Source of the DNA: an uncultured Actinomycetota bacterium
GTDB taxonomy: Bacteria > Actinomycetota > Actinomycetes > Propionibacteriales > Nocardioidaceae
Reading direction: 5' to 3'
Assembly (NCBI GenBank): GCA_963845795.1
Contig: CAWJTG010000001.1
Location: 967-64,966 of the forward strand
DNA length: 64,000 nt
Part shown: in pieces, positions 40,580-53,617 of the stretch
Layout: each line of letters begins with the position of its first letter
Position numbering within the stretch: position 1 is the first letter of the stretch
Notes under the pieces: model-generated
Databases searched by the model: none
What the model was told of the DNA's origin: nothing
The model's input: only the letters and a program-made list of their open reading frames with translations
Translations under genes and position numbers: made by a program

Positions 40580-41036
40580 CGTCGCGCCGATCGGCGAAGA
40601 ACCCGTCGAGCAGCGCGGTCGCCTCCTCCGCCCGGACCCCCGCCAGCACCTCCGGGCGGTGGTTCAGCCGCCGGTCGCGGACGACGTCCCAGAGCGAGCC
40701 GACGGCGCCGGCCTTCTCGTCCCAGGCGCCGAACACCAGCCGCTCCACCCGAGCGAGCACCAGGGCGCCAGCACACATCGTGCAGGGCTCCAGGGTGACC
40801 ACGAGCGTGCAGCCGTCGAGCCGCCAGGCACCGCGGGCGGCGGCCGCCGCGCGCAGCGCCACCACCTCGGCGTGCCCGGTCGGGTCGTGCGCGGCCTCCC
40901 GCGCGTTGCGGCCCCGGCCCAGCACGACCCCGTCCGGGCCGAGCACGACGGCGCCCACCGGGACGTCGTCGGTGGCGAGGGCGGCACGGGCCTCGTCGAG
41001 GGCCAGCGCCATGGCGTCCCCGAGGTCGGGAGTCAC
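40554..41036 (-). CDS. tadA: tRNA adenosine(34) deaminase
   Basis: DVPVGAVV, HDPTGHAEVVALR, TLEPCTMCAGAL. Confidence 0.93.
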   Translation of the reverse strand: MTPDLGDAMALALDEARAALATDDVPVGAVVLGPDGVVLGRGRNAREAAHDPTGHAEVVALRAAAAARGAWRLDGCTLVVTLEPCTMCAGALVLARVERLVFGAWDEKAGAVGSLWDVVRDRRLNHRPEVLAGVRAEEATALLDGFFADRRDVSRPSPRP

Positions 41037-41066
41037 GCCGACGCTAGTGCCGCGCACACGACGTGG

Positions 41067-41549
41067 TCATGCGCCCGACACTAGCCCGACCGCGTCGTCG
41101 AAGGCCTCGCCGAAGCCCAGGTGGCGGGCGACGTCGGAGAGCAGCTCGTCGGGGTAGCGGTCCGGGTCGTCGAGGAGCACGCCGAGGTCGACCGCGCTGA
41201 CGCCGAGGTCGCTGAGCAGGTCGAGGTCGCCGGCCGGCACCTGGTCCTCCTCGTCGTCAGGCTGCGGGAGGCCGAGGAACTCGACAGCGGAGCTGGCCAG
41301 CTCCCACTCCTCGGCGGCGGTGACATCGGACAGCAGCAGCCGGGCGCGGCGGTCGGCGACCCGGATGACGAGGAAGAAGTCCTCGTCCATGCCGACCAGC
41401 CCGACGGCGTCACCGGGGAACCGGCGCAGCGCGGCGGTCAGCGTGGGCACGTCGGCCAGCAGGTCGTGGGCGAGCTCCGCCACCCGCCACTCGCCGTCCT
41501 GGCGGATGGCGGCGAGCGCGAAGTCGACGACGTCGAGCTGCTCGGCCAT
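41067..41549 (-). CDS. tRNA adenosine deaminase-associated protein
   Basis: Acidic protein [13 protein letters not shown]...DEDFF...LLLSD...[12 protein letters not shown]...YPDE; conserved position between tadA and upp. Confidence 0.8.
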   Translation of the reverse strand: MAEQLDVVDFALAAIRQDGEWRVAELAHDLLADVPTLTAALRRFPGDAVGLVGMDEDFFLVIRVADRRARLLLSDVTAAEEWELASSAVEFLGLPQPDDEEDQVPAGDLDLLSDLGVSAVDLGVLLDDPDRYPDELLSDVARHLGFGEAFDDAVGLVSGA

Positions 41550-41583
41550 GCCACCAGCGTCCCACTTCAATAGGGTTCCTGCC

Positions 41584-42222
41584 ATGCGTATCCAGGTCGT
41601 CGACCACCCGCTCGTCGCACACAAGCTCACCGCGCTCCGCGACGAGACCACCGACTCCCCCACCTTCCGGCGGCTCGCCGACGAGCTGGTGACGTTGCTG
41701 GCCTACGAGGCCACCCGCGACGTGCGGGTGGAGGGCCACGAGATCACCACACCGGTGGCGCCGATGACCGGCACGAGGCTGGCCTCCCCCAAGCCGCTCG
41801 TGGTGCCGATCCTGCGGGCCGGGCTCGGCATGCTCGACGGGATGATGCGGCTCCTCCCGACCGCCGAGGTCGGCTTCCTCGGCATGGTCCGCAACGAGGA
41901 GACGCTGCTCGCCTCCACCTACGCCGAGCGGCTGCCCGACGACCTCTCGGGCCGGCAGTGCTACGTGCTCGACCCCATGCTCGCCACCGGCGGCACGCTC
42001 GCGGCCGCCGTCCGGTTCCTCGTCGACCGCGGCGCCGACGACATCACCTGCCTCTGCCTGCTGTCCGCCCCGGAGGGCTGCGCGAACCTCGAGACCGACC
42101 TGGAGGGGCTCGACGTCCCGGTGACGGTGGTGACTGCGGCGATGGACGAGCGGCTCAACGAGAAGGGCTACATCGTGCCCGGCCTCGGTGACGCCGGAGA
42201 CCGGCTCTACGGCGTGGTCTAG
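41584..42222 (+). CDS. upp: Uracil phosphoribosyltransferase
   Basis: [46 protein letters not shown]. Confidence 0.97.
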   Translation: MRIQVVDHPLVAHKLTALRDETTDSPTFRRLADELVTLLAYEATRDVRVEGHEITTPVAPMTGTRLASPKPLVVPILRAGLGMLDGMMRLLPTAEVGFLGMVRNEETLLASTYAERLPDDLSGRQCYVLDPMLATGGTLAAAVRFLVDRGADDITCLCLLSAPEGCANLETDLEGLDVPVTVVTAAMDERLNEKGYIVPGLGDAGDRLYGVV

Positions 42223-42331
42223 CCAGAACCCAGCGGTCCGACACCCCCGGTGGCACGGCGTCTCACGTTCCGGCGTGCCGGCGCGCTCGGCTGTGTAGGT
42301 TGACGGGCGCCCGACCCGGAGGAGGCACCAG

Positions 42332-43861
42332 ATGCGGATCGGCATCCCGCGCGAGTCGAAGGCTGGCGAGACGCTGGTGGCTGCGACCGCGAAGACGGCG
42401 GGCCAGCTGGCCGGCCTCGGCTACGACGTGGTCGTCGAGTCCGGAGCCGGCAGGTTCGCCGACCAGCCCGACGAGGCCTACGCCGAGGCCGGCGCCACCG
42501 TCGGCACGGCCGACGACGTCTGGGACTGCGAGGTCGTCGTGAAGGTCAACGCACCGAGCGACGACGAGGTGGCCCGGATGCCCTACGGCACCACGCTGGT
42601 CTCGCTGATGGCCCCCGCACGGAGCCCCGAGCTCGTCGAGCGGCTGGTCGCCGGCGGCATCACCGGGCTCGCGATGGACGCCGTGCCCCGCATCTCGCGG
42701 GCGCAGTCCATGGACGTGCTGTCGTCGATGGCCAACGTGGCCGGCTACCGCGCGGTCATCGAGGCCGCTCACGAGTTCGGCCGCCAGTTCACCGGCCAGG
42801 TGACGGCCGCCGGCAAGGTGCCGCCGGCCCGGGTGTTCGTGGTGGGCGCGGGCGTCGCCGGGCTCGCGGCGGTCGGCGCCGCTGGTGCGATGGGCGCGAT
42901 CGTCCGGGCCTTCGACGTCCGTCCCGAGGTGGCCGAGCAGGTGGAGTCGATGGGCGCGCAGTTCGTGTCGGTCGACCTCGAGCAGGAGGTCAGCACCGAC
43001 GGCTACGCCAAGGAGATGACGGCCGAGCAGGTCGAGGCCACCGCGGTGATGTACGACGAGGAGGCGCGCGCCGCCGACATCGTCATCACCACCGCCCTGA
43101 TCCCCGGACGGCCGGCGCCCGAGCTCGTGACCGCCGAGACCGTGGCGGCGATGCGGCCCGGCAGCGTCATCGTCGACATGGCGGCGGCCAACGGCGGCAA
43201 CGTGGCGGTCACCCGCACCGACGAGAAGGTCGTGACCGACAACGGCGTCACCGTGCTCGGCTACACCGACCTGCCCGGCCGGCTGGCCGCCCAGACCTCC
43301 CAGCTCTACGGCACCAACATCGTCAACCTCGTCAAGCTGCTCACGCCCGAGAAGGACGGCGAGCTCGTGCTCGACCTCGACGACGTCGTGCAGCGCGGCA
43401 TCACGGTCTCCCGCGACGGCGAGTCGTTGTGGCCGCCGCCGCCGGTGCAGGTCTCGGCGGCCCCCACCGCCCCCGCTGCGGCGCCGGTGGTGGAGAAGAA
43501 GGAGAAGCCACCTCCCGACCCACGCCGCAAGTACTACGCGGCCGGACTGGCCGCCGTGCTGTTCGCCGTCGCCGCGGCCTACTCGCCCAGCGACTTCCTG
43601 GGGCACTTCACGGTGTTCGCGCTCGCGGTCTTCGTGGGCTACTACGTGATCTCCAACGTGGCGCACGCCCTGCACACCCCACTCATGGCCGAGACCAACG
43701 CCATCTCCGGGATCATCCTGGTCGGCGGCATCCTCCAGGTGGGCAGCGACGACTCCGCGATCGTGGCGCTCGCCGTGGTGGCGGTGCTCGTCGCGAGCAT
43801 CAACATCTTCGGCGGGTTCCTCGTGACCCTCCGCATGCTCCAGATGTTCAGGAAGGACTGA
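42332..43861 (+). CDS. pntA: NAD(P) transhydrogenase subunit alpha
   Basis: [47 protein letters not shown]. Confidence 0.97.
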   Translation: MRIGIPRESKAGETLVAATAKTAGQLAGLGYDVVVESGAGRFADQPDEAYAEAGATVGTADDVWDCEVVVKVNAPSDDEVARMPYGTTLVSLMAPARSPELVERLVAGGITGLAMDAVPRISRAQSMDVLSSMANVAGYRAVIEAAHEFGRQFTGQVTAAGKVPPARVFVVGAGVAGLAAVGAAGAMGAIVRAFDVRPEVAEQVESMGAQFVSVDLEQEVSTDGYAKEMTAEQVEATAVMYDEEARAADIVITTALIPGRPAPELVTAETVAAMRPGSVIVDMAAANGGNVAVTRTDEKVVTDNGVTVLGYTDLPGRLAAQTSQLYGTNIVNLVKLLTPEKDGELVLDLDDVVQRGITVSRDGESLWPPPPVQVSAAPTAPAAAPVVEKKEKPPPDPRRKYYAAGLAAVLFAVAAAYSPSDFLGHFTVFALAVFVGYYVISNVAHALHTPLMAETNAISGIILVGGILQVGSDDSAIVALAVVAVLVASINIFGGFLVTLRMLQMFRKD

Positions 43862-43862
43862 C

Positions 43863-45323
43863 GTGGACGGCTTCCTGGAATCCGACCGGCTGCCCGGCCT
43901 CGTGCAGGCGGCGTACATCATCGCGGGCATCCTCTTCATCGCCGCGCTGGCGGGACTGTCGAAGCACGAGACCGCCAAGCGCGGCAACATCTACGGGATG
44001 GTCGGCATGGGGCTGGCCCTGGTGGCCACCCTGCTGCTGTCGCTGCGGGAGGCCGAGAGCCCGCGCGGCCTCACCCTGCTGCTGATCGCGATCCCGATGG
44101 CCACCGGCGCTGCGATCGGCGCCAACCGGGCGCGCACCGTGCAGATGACCGGGATGCCCCAGCTGGTGGCGCTGCTGCACAGCTTCGTCGGCATCGCCGC
44201 CGTCCTCGTGGGCTTCAACTCCTACCTCGAGCGCAGCGGGTCGGCGTCCGACACCGTGCACGACGTCGAGATCTTCGTCGGCGTGTTCATCGGCGCCGTC
44301 ACCTTCACCGGCTCGATCGTCGCCAACCTCAAGCTCAGCGCGCGGATGAAGTCCTCGCCGTTCGCGCTGCCCGGTCGGCACTTCCTGAACCTCGGCCTCG
44401 TCGTCGGCTCGTTCGTGCTGCTCATCGTGTTCGTGGTCGTCAACAAGGACCTGGGCGCGGGCGAGCGGGGCGCGCTGGTCTTCCTGCTCGCGATGACGGC
44501 GCTGGCGCTCGTGCTGGGCTTCCACCTGGTGGCGGCGATCGGCGGCGGCGACATGCCCGTCGTCGTCTCGATGCTCAACAGCTACTCGGGCTGGGCCGCG
44601 GCCGCCGCCGGCTTCCTGCTCAGCAACGACCTGCTCATCATCACCGGCTCCCTGGTGGGGTCCTCCGGTGCGATCCTGAGCTACATCATGTGCCAGGCGA
44701 TGAACCGGTCCTTCGTCTCGGTGATCGCCGGTGGCTTCGGCTCCGACGGGGGCGTCACGGGCGAGGCGCGGGACTACGGCGAGCACCGCGAGATCAACGT
44801 GGCCGAGGCCGCCGAGCTGCTCGCCGACGCCTCGTCGGTCGTCATCACGCCCGGCTACGGCATGGCGGTGGCGCAGGCGCAGTACCCGGTGGCCGAGCTC
44901 ACCGCGAGGCTCCGGGCCCGTGGGGTCGAGGTGCGGTTCGGCATCCACCCGGTGGCCGGTCGGCTCCCCGGTCACATGAACGTGCTGCTCGCCGAGGCCA
45001 AGGTTCCCTACGACATCGTCCTCGAGATGGACGAGATCAACGCCGACTTCCCGAGCACCGACGTCGTGCTCGTGATCGGAGCCAACGACACCGTCAACCC
45101 GGCCGCCATCGAGGAGCCGGGCAGCCCGATCTCCGGCATGCCGGTGCTCGAGGTCTGGAACGCCCGCGACGTCATCGTCTTCAAGCGCTCCATGGCCACC
45201 GGCTACGCCGGCGTCCAGAACCCGCTCTTCTTCCGTGACAACTCCCGGATGCTCTTCGGGGACGCCAAGGACAGGGTCGGCGAGATCGTCGCCGCCCTCC
45301 CGGCCGACGCCCCGGCCCGATAG
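43863..45323 (+). CDS. pntB: NAD(P) transhydrogenase subunit beta
   Basis: [58 protein letters not shown]. Confidence 0.97.
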   Translation: MDGFLESDRLPGLVQAAYIIAGILFIAALAGLSKHETAKRGNIYGMVGMGLALVATLLLSLREAESPRGLTLLLIAIPMATGAAIGANRARTVQMTGMPQLVALLHSFVGIAAVLVGFNSYLERSGSASDTVHDVEIFVGVFIGAVTFTGSIVANLKLSARMKSSPFALPGRHFLNLGLVVGSFVLLIVFVVVNKDLGAGERGALVFLLAMTALALVLGFHLVAAIGGGDMPVVVSMLNSYSGWAAAAAGFLLSNDLLIITGSLVGSSGAILSYIMCQAMNRSFVSVIAGGFGSDGGVTGEARDYGEHREINVAEAAELLADASSVVITPGYGMAVAQAQYPVAELTARLRARGVEVRFGIHPVAGRLPGHMNVLLAEAKVPYDIVLEMDEINADFPSTDVVLVIGANDTVNPAAIEEPGSPISGMPVLEVWNARDVIVFKRSMATGYAGVQNPLFFRDNSRMLFGDAKDRVGEIVAALPADAPAR

Positions 45324-45376
45324 TCCCGGGCGTTCGGCACGGCCGGACGGCGGGTCGCGGTGCCGAACGTCCGCGA

Positions 45377-46111
45377 CTATCCGAGCTGGGTGCCGAGCAG
45401 GGTGCCGACGGCGAAGGTCACGCCCATCGCGAAGAGGCCGCCGGACATGTTGCGGACGACGGCGCGGCCCGCCGGGCCGTAGCCGAGGCGGGCGCTGACC
45501 CAGCCGGTGAGTGCGAGTGCCACCGTCACCGCCGCCATGGTGCCGAGCACCCGGGCCGCCGTGGGCAGCAGCAGGATCGTGAGCAGCGGCAGCACCGCGC
45601 CGACCGTGAACGCCACCATCGAGGCGAACGCCGCGTTCCAGGCGCTGGTGAGGGCGTTGGGGTCGATGCCGAGCTCGGCCTCGGCGTGCGCGCCGAGCGC
45701 GTCGTGGGCTGTGAGCTGGCGGGCGACCTCGATCGCGAGGTCCTCGTCGAGACCCTTCTGGGCGTAGATGCCGGCGAGCTCGGCGAGCTCCTCCTCGGGC
45801 TCCTCGAGCAGCTCGCGGCGCTCCTTGGCGAGCAGCGCCTGCTCGGAGTCGCGCTGGGTGGAGACCGACACGTACTCACCGGCCGCCATGCTCATGGCGC
45901 CCGCCACCAGGCCGGCCACGCCCGCCACCATGATCGCGGGCCGGGCGGTGGTGGCCCCGGCGACGCCGACGACGATGCCCGCCGTCGAGACGATGCCGTC
46001 GTTGGCGCCGAGCACGGCGGCGCGCAGCCAGTTCAGCCGGTTCGCGATGCCACCCTCGTGCGGCTCGTCGTCGTGGGGCCCGACCTCGACGTCGGTGGTG
46101 TCCGTGGTCAT
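45377..46111 (-). CDS. VIT1/CCC1 family Fe/Mn transporter
   Basis: [34 protein letters not shown]. Confidence 0.93.
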   Translation of the reverse strand: MTTDTTDVEVGPHDDEPHEGGIANRLNWLRAAVLGANDGIVSTAGIVVGVAGATTARPAIMVAGVAGLVAGAMSMAAGEYVSVSTQRDSEQALLAKERRELLEEPEEELAELAGIYAQKGLDEDLAIEVARQLTAHDALGAHAEAELGIDPNALTSAWNAAFASMVAFTVGAVLPLLTILLLPTAARVLGTMAAVTVALALTGWVSARLGYGPAGRAVVRNMSGGLFAMGVTFAVGTLLGTQLG

Positions 46112-46281
46112 GGCCCCGATGGTCCACAGCCGTGCCGCCCGCTTCAAGCAAGGCGAGGCTGGGCTGGCCGGCCGGACCGGGGCTCGGTCGGGTCGGACCG
46201 GACCGTGGATCTCGTCGTCCGGGGTGGGGTGCCGCGGCACCCACCGTGCTTGGATCGATCCAACCGAACGAGGGAGCTTCG

Positions 46282-48489
46282 TTGACCGAGCAGCACACCA
46301 TCTCCGCCTGGCCCGGCCAGGCCTACCCCCTGGGCGCCACCTTCGACGGCACCGGCACCAACTTCGCACTGTTCAGCGAGGTCGCCGAGCGCGTGGAGCT
46401 GTGCCTGTTCGACGACGGCGACGGCGACGGCGAGCAGCTGAGCGAGACCCGCATCGAGCTCACCGAGGTCGACGCCCACGTCTGGCACTGCTACCTGCCG
46501 CACGTGCAGCCGGGCCAGCGCTACGGCTACCGCGTGCACGGGCCCTACGAGCCCGAGCACGGCCTGCGCTGCAACCCGAACAAGCTCCTGCTCGACCCCT
46601 ACGCCAAGGCCACCTCCCGCGAGATCGACTGGGACCAGAGCCTGTTCGGCTACACCTTCGGCGACGAGGACTCCCGCAACGACGACGACTCCGCCGCGCA
46701 CATGACGCTCGGCGTCGTCGTGAACCCGTTCTTCGACTGGGAGGGCGACCGGCGGCTCGCCTACCCCTACAACGAGAGCGTCATCTACGAGGCGCACGTC
46801 AAGGGCCTCACCTACCTGCACCCGGACGTGCCGGAGGAGCTGCGCGGCACCTACGCGGGGCTCGCCCACCCCGCGGTGATCGAGCACCTCCAGCGTCTCG
46901 GCATCACGGCGATCGAGCTCATGCCGGTGCACCAGTTCGTGCAGGACTCCACCCTGCTCGACCAGGGCCTGCGCAACTACTGGGGCTACAACACCCTGGC
47001 GTTCCTCGCCCCGCACGCCGACTACGCCGGCACCGGCGAGCTCGGTCAGCAGGTGCAGGAGTTCAAGACGATGGTGAAGGCGCTGCACGTCGCCGGCATC
47101 GAGGTCATCCTCGACGTCGTCTACAACCACACCGCCGAGGGCAACCACCTCGGCCCCACGCTGAGCTTCAAGGGCATCGACAACCCGGCGTACTACCGGC
47201 TCGTCGAGGACGACCAGCGCTACTACATGGACTACACCGGCACCGGGAACTCCCTCAACGTCCGGCACCCGCACTCGCTGCAGCTGATCATGGACTCGCT
47301 GCGCTACTGGGTCACCGAGATGCACGTCGACGGGTTCCGGTTCGACCTCGCCTCGGCGCTGGCCCGCGAGTTCTACGACGTCGACCGGCTGGCCACCTTC
47401 TTCGAGCTCGTGCAGCAGGACCCGGTGGTCTCGCAGGTGAAGCTCATCGCCGAGCCGTGGGACGTCGGCCCCGGCGGCTACCAGGTCGGCGGCTTCCCGC
47501 CGCAGTGGACCGAGTGGAACGGGGCCTACCGCGACACGGTGCGCGACTTCTGGCGCGGCGAGCCCTCGCTGGGCGAGTTCGCCTCGCGACTGGCCGGCTC
47601 CTCCGACCTGTACGAGAACTCCGGTCGCCGTCCGTTCGCCTCGATCAACTTCGTCACCGCCCACGACGGCTTCACGATGCGCGACCTCGTGTCCTACAAC
47701 GAGAAGCACAACGAGGCCAACGGCGAGGACAACAACGACGGCGAGAGCCACAACCGCTCCTACAACCACGGCGTCGAGGGCGACACCGACGACCCCGAGG
47801 TGCTCCTGGCCCGGGCCAAGGCCCAGCGCAACCTGCTCACCACCCTCGTGCTGAGCCAGGGCGTGCCGATGCTGCTGCACGGCGACGAGGTCGGCCGCAC
47901 CCAGGGCGGCAACAACAACACCTACGCGCAGGACTCCGAGATCGCGTGGATGGACTGGGACAAGGTCGACGCACCGCTGCTCGAGTTCACCGCCGACCTG
48001 GTGCGGCTGCGGCGCGAGCACCCCACCTTCCAGCGCCGCAGCTTCTTCACCGGCACCACCGTCCGCACGCCGGTCGCCGGCGGCGAGGGTGACCGGCTCA
48101 ACGACATCGTCTGGCTGAGCCTCGACGGTCGTCCGATGGAGCCGGACGACTGGGACGGCGGCGCCCAGGCGCTCGGCATGTACCTCAACGGCCAGGGGAT
48201 CGCGGGTCGTGACGACCGCGGCAACCCCATCGTCGACGACCACTTCCTGCTCTACTTCAACGCCGACGGACCCGCGCAGGTCGCCCTGCCGCCGGAGGAG
48301 TTCTGCCAGGCGTGGGACGTCGTGATCGACACCGCCGGGTCGGGCGAGGCACCCACGCGAGCGGCCGGTGAGACGTTCGAGATCGCCGAGCGGAGCGTCG
48401 TCGTGCTGCGCGAGCACCACGAGGCGGAGGCCGAGCCCGACAGCTCGGTGGCGGCGTCCGTGGCGGCCCAGACAGGGAACGGGTCGTGA
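46282..48489 (+). CDS. glgX: Glycogen debranching enzyme GlgX/TreX (isoamylase)
   Basis: [60 protein letters not shown]; TTG start. Confidence 0.97.
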   Translation: MTEQHTISAWPGQAYPLGATFDGTGTNFALFSEVAERVELCLFDDGDGDGEQLSETRIELTEVDAHVWHCYLPHVQPGQRYGYRVHGPYEPEHGLRCNPNKLLLDPYAKATSREIDWDQSLFGYTFGDEDSRNDDDSAAHMTLGVVVNPFFDWEGDRRLAYPYNESVIYEAHVKGLTYLHPDVPEELRGTYAGLAHPAVIEHLQRLGITAIELMPVHQFVQDSTLLDQGLRNYWGYNTLAFLAPHADYAGTGELGQQVQEFKTMVKALHVAGIEVILDVVYNHTAEGNHLGPTLSFKGIDNPAYYRLVEDDQRYYMDYTGTGNSLNVRHPHSLQLIMDSLRYWVTEMHVDGFRFDLASALAREFYDVDRLATFFELVQQDPVVSQVKLIAEPWDVGPGGYQVGGFPPQWTEWNGAYRDTVRDFWRGEPSLGEFASRLAGSSDLYENSGRRPFASINFVTAHDGFTMRDLVSYNEKHNEANGEDNNDGESHNRSYNHGVEGDTDDPEVLLARAKAQRNLLTTLVLSQGVPMLLHGDEVGRTQGGNNNTYAQDSEIAWMDWDKVDAPLLEFTADLVRLRREHPTFQRRSFFTGTTVRTPVAGGEGDRLNDIVWLSLDGRPMEPDDWDGGAQALGMYLNGQGIAGRDDRGNPIVDDHFLLYFNADGPAQVALPPEEFCQAWDVVIDTAGSGEAPTRAAGETFEIAERSVVVLREHHEAEAEPDSSVAASVAAQTGNGS

Positions 48490-50672
48490 CCACCCGGGTG
48501 CCCGTCAGCACCTACCGGTTGCAGGTCAGTCCCGACTTCGACCTGGCGGCCGCCACCGCCGTGCTGCCGTACCTGCACGACCTCGGGGTCGACTGGGTCT
48601 ACCTCTCGCCACTCTTGGAGGCGGAGCCCGGCTCGGCGCACGGCTACGACGTCGTCGCGCACGACCAGGTCGACGCCGCCCGCGGCGGGGCCGAGGGTCT
48701 CGCCGCGCTGTCGGCCGAGGCGCGCCGGCTGGGTCTCGGCGTGCTCGTCGACATCGTGCCCAACCACGTCGGCGTCGCCACGCCGCTCCACAACGCCTGG
48801 TGGTGGGACCTCCTCGAGAACGGCCGCGACTCCGAGTTCGCCCCGGCGTTCGACGTCGACTGGGAGCTGGGGGGCGGGAAGATCCGGCTGCCCGTGCTCG
48901 CCGACGGCGGCCTCGAGGAGCTGACGATGGAGCTGCCCGCGGACGACACGCACTACGAGCCGGTGCACTGGAAGGTGGCCGACCACGGTCTCAACTACCG
49001 GCGGTTCTTCGCGGTCAACACCCTGGCCGGACTGCGGGTCGAGGACCCGTCGGTCTTCGACGCCACCCATGTCGAGATCCGGCGCTGGTTCGCCGAGCAG
49101 CTGGTCGACGGGCTGCGGGTCGACCACCCCGACGGCCTGCAGGACCCCGGCGCCTACCTGCGCGACCTGTCCGTGCTCACCGGTGAGGGGTACGTGCTCG
49201 TCGAGAAGATCCTCGAGCCGGGCGAGCACCTGCCGGCGTCCTGGGCCACGGCCGGCACCACCGGCTACGACGCGCTCGCGATGGTCGACCGGGTGCTCAC
49301 CGACCCCGCCGGCGCGGACCGGCTGCCGTTCGCCGACCTCGACTGGCACGCCATGATCCACGGCACCAAGCGGGCCGTGGCCGACGGCATCCTCGGCTCC
49401 GAGACCCGCCGCATCGTCCGCGACCTCTCACCGGAGCGCACCGAGGACGCCGAGCTGGTCGACGCCGTCGCCGAGCTGCTCGCCTGCTTCCCGGTCTACC
49501 GCTCCTACCTCCCCGAGGGTCGCGAGCACCTCGATGCCGCGTTCGCGACGGCCCGGACGGCGCGCCCGGACCTGGCCGAGGTGTTCGACCGGCTCGAGCC
49601 GGTCCTCCACGACCCGGCGCAGCCGGCGGCCCTGCGGTTCCAGCAGACCAGCGGCATGGTCATGGCCAAGGGCGTCGAGGACTGCGCGTTCTACCGCTAC
49701 CCGCACCTCACCTCGCTCACCGAGGTCGGCGGCGATCCGTCGGAGTTCTCGCTGTCGGTGGCGGGGTTCCACGAGGCGATGGCGGAACGGCAGCGGGACT
49801 GGCCGCACGCGATGACCTGCACCACCACGCATGACACCAAACGCGGCGAGGACGTCCGCGCGCGGATCGCCGTCCTGGCCGAGGTGCCGGAGGTGTGGGC
49901 CTCGGCGCTCGACCGCCTCCAGACCCTGGCCCCGGTGCCCGACCCTGCCTTCGGCAGCCTGCTGTGGCAGGCCGTGCTCGGTGCGTGGGACGGCGCGGAC
50001 CCCGACCTGCGGCCCCGGCTGCACGCCTACGCCGAGAAGGCGATGCGCGAGGCCGGCGACCGCACCACCTGGACGGCGCCCGACGAGGCCTACGAGCGCG
50101 AGGTGCACGCCGCCGTCGACGCCGCGTTCGACTCCACCGAGGTCCGCGCGGTGCTCGACGAGCTGCTCGCCGTCGTCGCCGCGCCGGGGCGCTCCAACGC
50201 CCTCGCCGCCAAGCTGCTGGCGCTCGCCGTGCCGGGCGTGCCCGACGTCTACCAGGGCTCGGAGCTGTGGGAGCAGTCCCTCGTCGACCCCGACAACCGC
50301 CGTCCGGTCGACTTCGACCTGCGACGCTCCGTGCTCGACGGCGACCGCGACCACCCGGCTGCCGCGAAGCTGCGCCTGGTGCGCGAGCTGCTGCGGCTGC
50401 GCCGCGACCGCCGCGAGCTGTTCTCCGGCTACACGCCGGTCTCGGCGAGCGGCCCGTCGGCCGAGCACGTGCTCGCCCTCGACCGGGGCGGCGTCGTCGC
50501 GGTGGCCACCCGGCTCCCGGTCGGGCTCGCCGGTGGGGGCGGCTGGGGCGACACCCGGCTCGACCTGCCGCCGGGCACCTGGCGCGACGTGCTCACCGAC
50601 CGCCCGGCCGACCCCGCCCTGGCCTCGCTCCTCGACACCCTTCCCGTCGCGCTCCTGGTCAAGGAGGACTGA
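48486..50672 (+). CDS. treY: Maltooligosyl trehalose synthase
   Basis: [53 protein letters not shown]. Confidence 0.96.
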   Translation: MTTRVPVSTYRLQVSPDFDLAAATAVLPYLHDLGVDWVYLSPLLEAEPGSAHGYDVVAHDQVDAARGGAEGLAALSAEARRLGLGVLVDIVPNHVGVATPLHNAWWWDLLENGRDSEFAPAFDVDWELGGGKIRLPVLADGGLEELTMELPADDTHYEPVHWKVADHGLNYRRFFAVNTLAGLRVEDPSVFDATHVEIRRWFAEQLVDGLRVDHPDGLQDPGAYLRDLSVLTGEGYVLVEKILEPGEHLPASWATAGTTGYDALAMVDRVLTDPAGADRLPFADLDWHAMIHGTKRAVADGILGSETRRIVRDLSPERTEDAELVDAVAELLACFPVYRSYLPEGREHLDAAFATARTARPDLAEVFDRLEPVLHDPAQPAALRFQQTSGMVMAKGVEDCAFYRYPHLTSLTEVGGDPSEFSLSVAGFHEAMAERQRDWPHAMTCTTTHDTKRGEDVRARIAVLAEVPEVWASALDRLQTLAPVPDPAFGSLLWQAVLGAWDGADPDLRPRLHAYAEKAMREAGDRTTWTAPDEAYEREVHAAVDAAFDSTEVRAVLDELLAVVAAPGRSNALAAKLLALAVPGVPDVYQGSELWEQSLVDPDNRRPVDFDLRRSVLDGDRDHPAAAKLRLVRELLRLRRDRRELFSGYTPVSASGPSAEHVLALDRGGVVAVATRLPVGLAGGGGWGDTRLDLPPGTWRDVLTDRPADPALASLLDTLPVALLVKED

Positions 50673-50673
50673 C

Positions 50674-52425
50674 ATGACCGCCCGCGGCCCCTTCGACGTG
50701 TGGGCGCCCCGTGCCCAGCGGCTCCGGTTGTCGGTGGCCGATGAGACGGTGCCGATGCAGCAGGCCGACGGTGGGTGGTGGACCCCGTCGGAGCCCACCC
50801 CCGACCCGGCGAAGGGAGACGTCGACTACGGCTACCTGATCGACGACTCGGACTCGCCGCGCCCCGACCCGCGCTCGCGGCGCCAGCCGGCAGGCGTCCA
50901 CCAGCGCTCGCGAACCCACCGGTCCGAGGCCTATGCCTGGACCGACGACGACTGGACCGGTCGCCCGCTGGCCGGCGCGGTTGTCTACGAGCTCCACATC
51001 GGCACCTTCACGCCGGAGGGCTCCTTCGACGCGGCGCTCGGGCGGCTGGACCACCTGCGCTCGATCGGGGTCGACTTCGTCGAGCTCATGCCGGTCAACG
51101 CCGTCAACGGCGTCCACAACTGGGGCTATGACGGCGTGCTGTGGTCGGCCGTGCACGAGCCGTACGGCGGCCCCGACGGGTACCAGCGGTTCGTCGACGG
51201 CTGTCACGCGGCGGGGCTGGGCGTCATCCAGGACGTCGTCTACAACCACCTCGGACCGTCCGGCAACTACCTGCCGGAGTTCGGGCCCTACCTCAAGCAG
51301 GGTCGCAACACCTGGGGCGACCTGGTGAACCTCGACGGCGAGGGTGCGGCCGAGGTGCGCCGGCTGATCCTCGACAACGTGCGCATGTGGCTCGCCGACT
51401 ACCACGTCGACGGGCTGCGCCTGGACGCCGTGCACGCACTGCACGACGAGTCGGAGCTGCACCTGCTGGAGGAGATGGCGATCGAGGTCGCGGCGATGTC
51501 GGCGCACCAGCGCCGTCCGCTCACCCTCATCGCGGAGTCCGACCTCAACGACCCGCACCTGGTGACGCCCCGCGAGGCCGGCGGCTTCGGGCTGGACGCC
51601 CAGTGGAGTGACGACTTCCACCACGCGGTGCACGTCGCACTCACCGGCGAGACCACCGGCTACTACGCCGACTTCGAGCCGTTGAGCGCCCTGGCGAAGG
51701 TGTGCGAGCGCGGTTTCTTCCACGACGGCACCTTCAGCTCGTTCCGTGGTCGCGACCACGGCCTGCCGATCGACACCGAGGCGATGCCGTCGTGGCGCCT
51801 GGTGGTCTGCAGCCAGAACCACGACCAGGTCGGCAACCGCGCCGTGGGCGACCGGATCACCGAGGCGCTCGACGACGACCAGCTGGCCTGCGCCGCGCTG
51901 CTGACCCTGTGCGGCCCGTTCACGCCCATGTTGTTCCAGGGCGAGGAGTGGGGCGCGTCGACGCCGTTCCAGTTCTTCACCTCCCACCCCGAGCCCGAGC
52001 TCGGCCGGCTCACGGCGGAGGGCCGGATCGCGGAGTTCGAGCAGATGGGCTGGGACCCCGCCGTGGTCCCGGACCCCCAGGACCCCGCCACCTTCGAGCG
52101 GTCGAAGCTGGACTGGTCCGAGCCGGAGCGCGACCGCGGTGCGCGGCTGCTCACTGTGTACCGCCAGCTCGCGGCGCTGCGCCGCGAGCACAGCGACCTC
52201 ACCGACCCCGCCTTCCCCCGCACCCGCTGCGAGGTCGACGAGGAACGTCGCCTGTTCGCCATGCACCGCGGTGACCTGCTCGTGGTCGTGAACTTCAGCG
52301 ACCAGCCCGCGACCCTCGAGGTCACCCAGCGCCGCCTGCTGTTCGAGACCGAGGCCGGCGTTGACCTGCACGACGACGGACGTCTCGACGTCCCACCCCA
52401 CGCCGGCGCCCTCCTGGCCCCGTAG
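50674..52425 (+). CDS. treZ: Maltooligosyl trehalose trehalohydrolase
   Basis: [47 protein letters not shown]. Confidence 0.96.
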   Translation: MTARGPFDVWAPRAQRLRLSVADETVPMQQADGGWWTPSEPTPDPAKGDVDYGYLIDDSDSPRPDPRSRRQPAGVHQRSRTHRSEAYAWTDDDWTGRPLAGAVVYELHIGTFTPEGSFDAALGRLDHLRSIGVDFVELMPVNAVNGVHNWGYDGVLWSAVHEPYGGPDGYQRFVDGCHAAGLGVIQDVVYNHLGPSGNYLPEFGPYLKQGRNTWGDLVNLDGEGAAEVRRLILDNVRMWLADYHVDGLRLDAVHALHDESELHLLEEMAIEVAAMSAHQRRPLTLIAESDLNDPHLVTPREAGGFGLDAQWSDDFHHAVHVALTGETTGYYADFEPLSALAKVCERGFFHDGTFSSFRGRDHGLPIDTEAMPSWRLVVCSQNHDQVGNRAVGDRITEALDDDQLACAALLTLCGPFTPMLFQGEEWGASTPFQFFTSHPEPELGRLTAEGRIAEFEQMGWDPAVVPDPQDPATFERSKLDWSEPERDRGARLLTVYRQLAALRREHSDLTDPAFPRTRCEVDEERRLFAMHRGDLLVVVNFSDQPATLEVTQRRLLFETEAGVDLHDDGRLDVPPHAGALLAP

Positions 52426-52440
52426 CGAGACCGGCTGCGG

Positions 52441-52546
52441 AGTTTCGAGACTCAGCGCCGGCGCGCTTCACACCTCAACGACCGTGACGTCACGTCCCCA
52501 CACGCTGGTCGAGGTGCGAGGCCGGCCACGGCCGAGCCTCGACACC
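52441..52546. repeat. Pair of inverted REP-like elements between convergent treZ and cobB
   Basis: GTTTCGAGAC...CACCTCAAC followed by GGTCGAGGTGCGAGG...CGAGCCTCGACACC; second copy matches the reverse complement of 5320-5359. Confidence 0.65.
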
Positions 52547-52554
52547 GCCCACCG

Positions 52555-53256
52555 TCAACGCGAACCCAGCCGGCTGAGCAGCTCCTCCACCCAGGCAGGG
52601 ACGATCTCGCCGGCCGGCCCGTGCCGCGCCTCGTGGAAGAAGAACGACCCCTCGCTGGGCACCAGGTTGAGCTCGAGGGTGCGGGCTCCGTGCCGGACGG
52701 CGTGCTGCACGAAGCCGGCCGCCGGGTAGACGGCGCCCGAGGTGCCGATGGAGACGAAGAGATCGACGTCCTGCAGCGCGTCGAAGATCTGGTCGAGGGC
52801 GTAGGGGATCTCGCCGAACCAGACGACGTCGGGCCGCAGCTCGGCCCTGCCGCAGCCAGGACAGGGTGGGCCGTCGATGAGGTCGTCGACCCAGGGCGTG
52901 CGTGCGTCGCAGCCCACGCACCAGGCCGAACGCAGCTCGCCGTGCATGTGGACGACGCGTCGCGAGCCACCACGCTCGTGGAGGTCGTCGATGTTCTGGG
53001 TGACCAGCAGTAGGTCCTCGCCGAGCGCCTGCTCCAGCCGCGCCAGCGCGTGGTGTGCGGGGTTCGGCTCGACGGTCGCCAGTGCCGCCCGACGGGCGTC
53101 GTAGAACCGCTGCACCACCAGCGGCTGGTCGAGGTACGCCTCCGGCGTCGCGACCTCCTCGACCCGGTGTCCCTCCCAGAGCCCGTCGGCGTCGCGGAAC
53201 GTCGGGACCCCGCTCTCCGCGGAGATCCCGGCACCCGTGAGAACGACGACCTTCAC
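52555..53256 (-). CDS. cobB: NAD-dependent protein deacylase (sirtuin)
   Basis: LTGAGISAESGVPTFR, TQNIDDLHE, HMHGEL, CxxC...CxxC, RPDVVWFGE, IGTSGAVYPAAG. Confidence 0.95.
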   Translation of the reverse strand: MKVVVLTGAGISAESGVPTFRDADGLWEGHRVEEVATPEAYLDQPLVVQRFYDARRAALATVEPNPAHHALARLEQALGEDLLLVTQNIDDLHERGGSRRVVHMHGELRSAWCVGCDARTPWVDDLIDGPPCPGCGRAELRPDVVWFGEIPYALDQIFDALQDVDLFVSIGTSGAVYPAAGFVQHAVRHGARTLELNLVPSEGSFFFHEARHGPAGEIVPAWVEELLSRLGSR

Positions 53257-53265
53257 GCCTCGCGA

Positions 53266-53291
53266 TGTTACGGCCGCGCCAGACCGGGTAT
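53266..53291 (+). promoter_or_regulatory. sigmaF/sigmaB-type promoter upstream of the T7SS effector triad
   Basis: TGTTA-N15-GGGTAT, 11 nt before ATG 53303; no RBS visible. Confidence 0.5.
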
Positions 53292-53302
53292 GTCTCACGG
53301 TC

Positions 53303-53617
53303 ATGGGCTACGAAGTGGTCGTCGAGGAGCTGCGCACGGCAGCCGGGTCGTACGAGCGCACCGTCGGCGACATGACGGGTTACGACCTCGATGCCACGAA
53401 CGTCGCCGCCGACACCTTCGGCCACGTCGAGCTGGCCGCGTGGTTCTCGGCGGTCGCCGAGCAGTGCGACAACGCGGGGCAGGCCCTCCACGACGGCGCC
53501 ACCGGGCTCGCGGCCAGCCTGCGCGCCCAGGCCACCACCTACGAGGGCACCGACGCCAACGTGGGCGCCACGTTCGGCCCCGGTCTCTCCCCCCTGCTCG
53601 GGGAGTGGCCGCGATGA
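53303..53617 (+). CDS. Small WXG100-like / EspC-like T7SS partner protein
   Basis: 104 aa, MGYEVVVEELRTAA...; central FG; C-terminal YEGTD (YxxxD secretion signal). Confidence 0.75.
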   Translation: MGYEVVVEELRTAAGSYERTVGDMTGYDLDATNVAADTFGHVELAAWFSAVAEQCDNAGQALHDGATGLAASLRAQATTYEGTDANVGATFGPGLSPLLGEWPR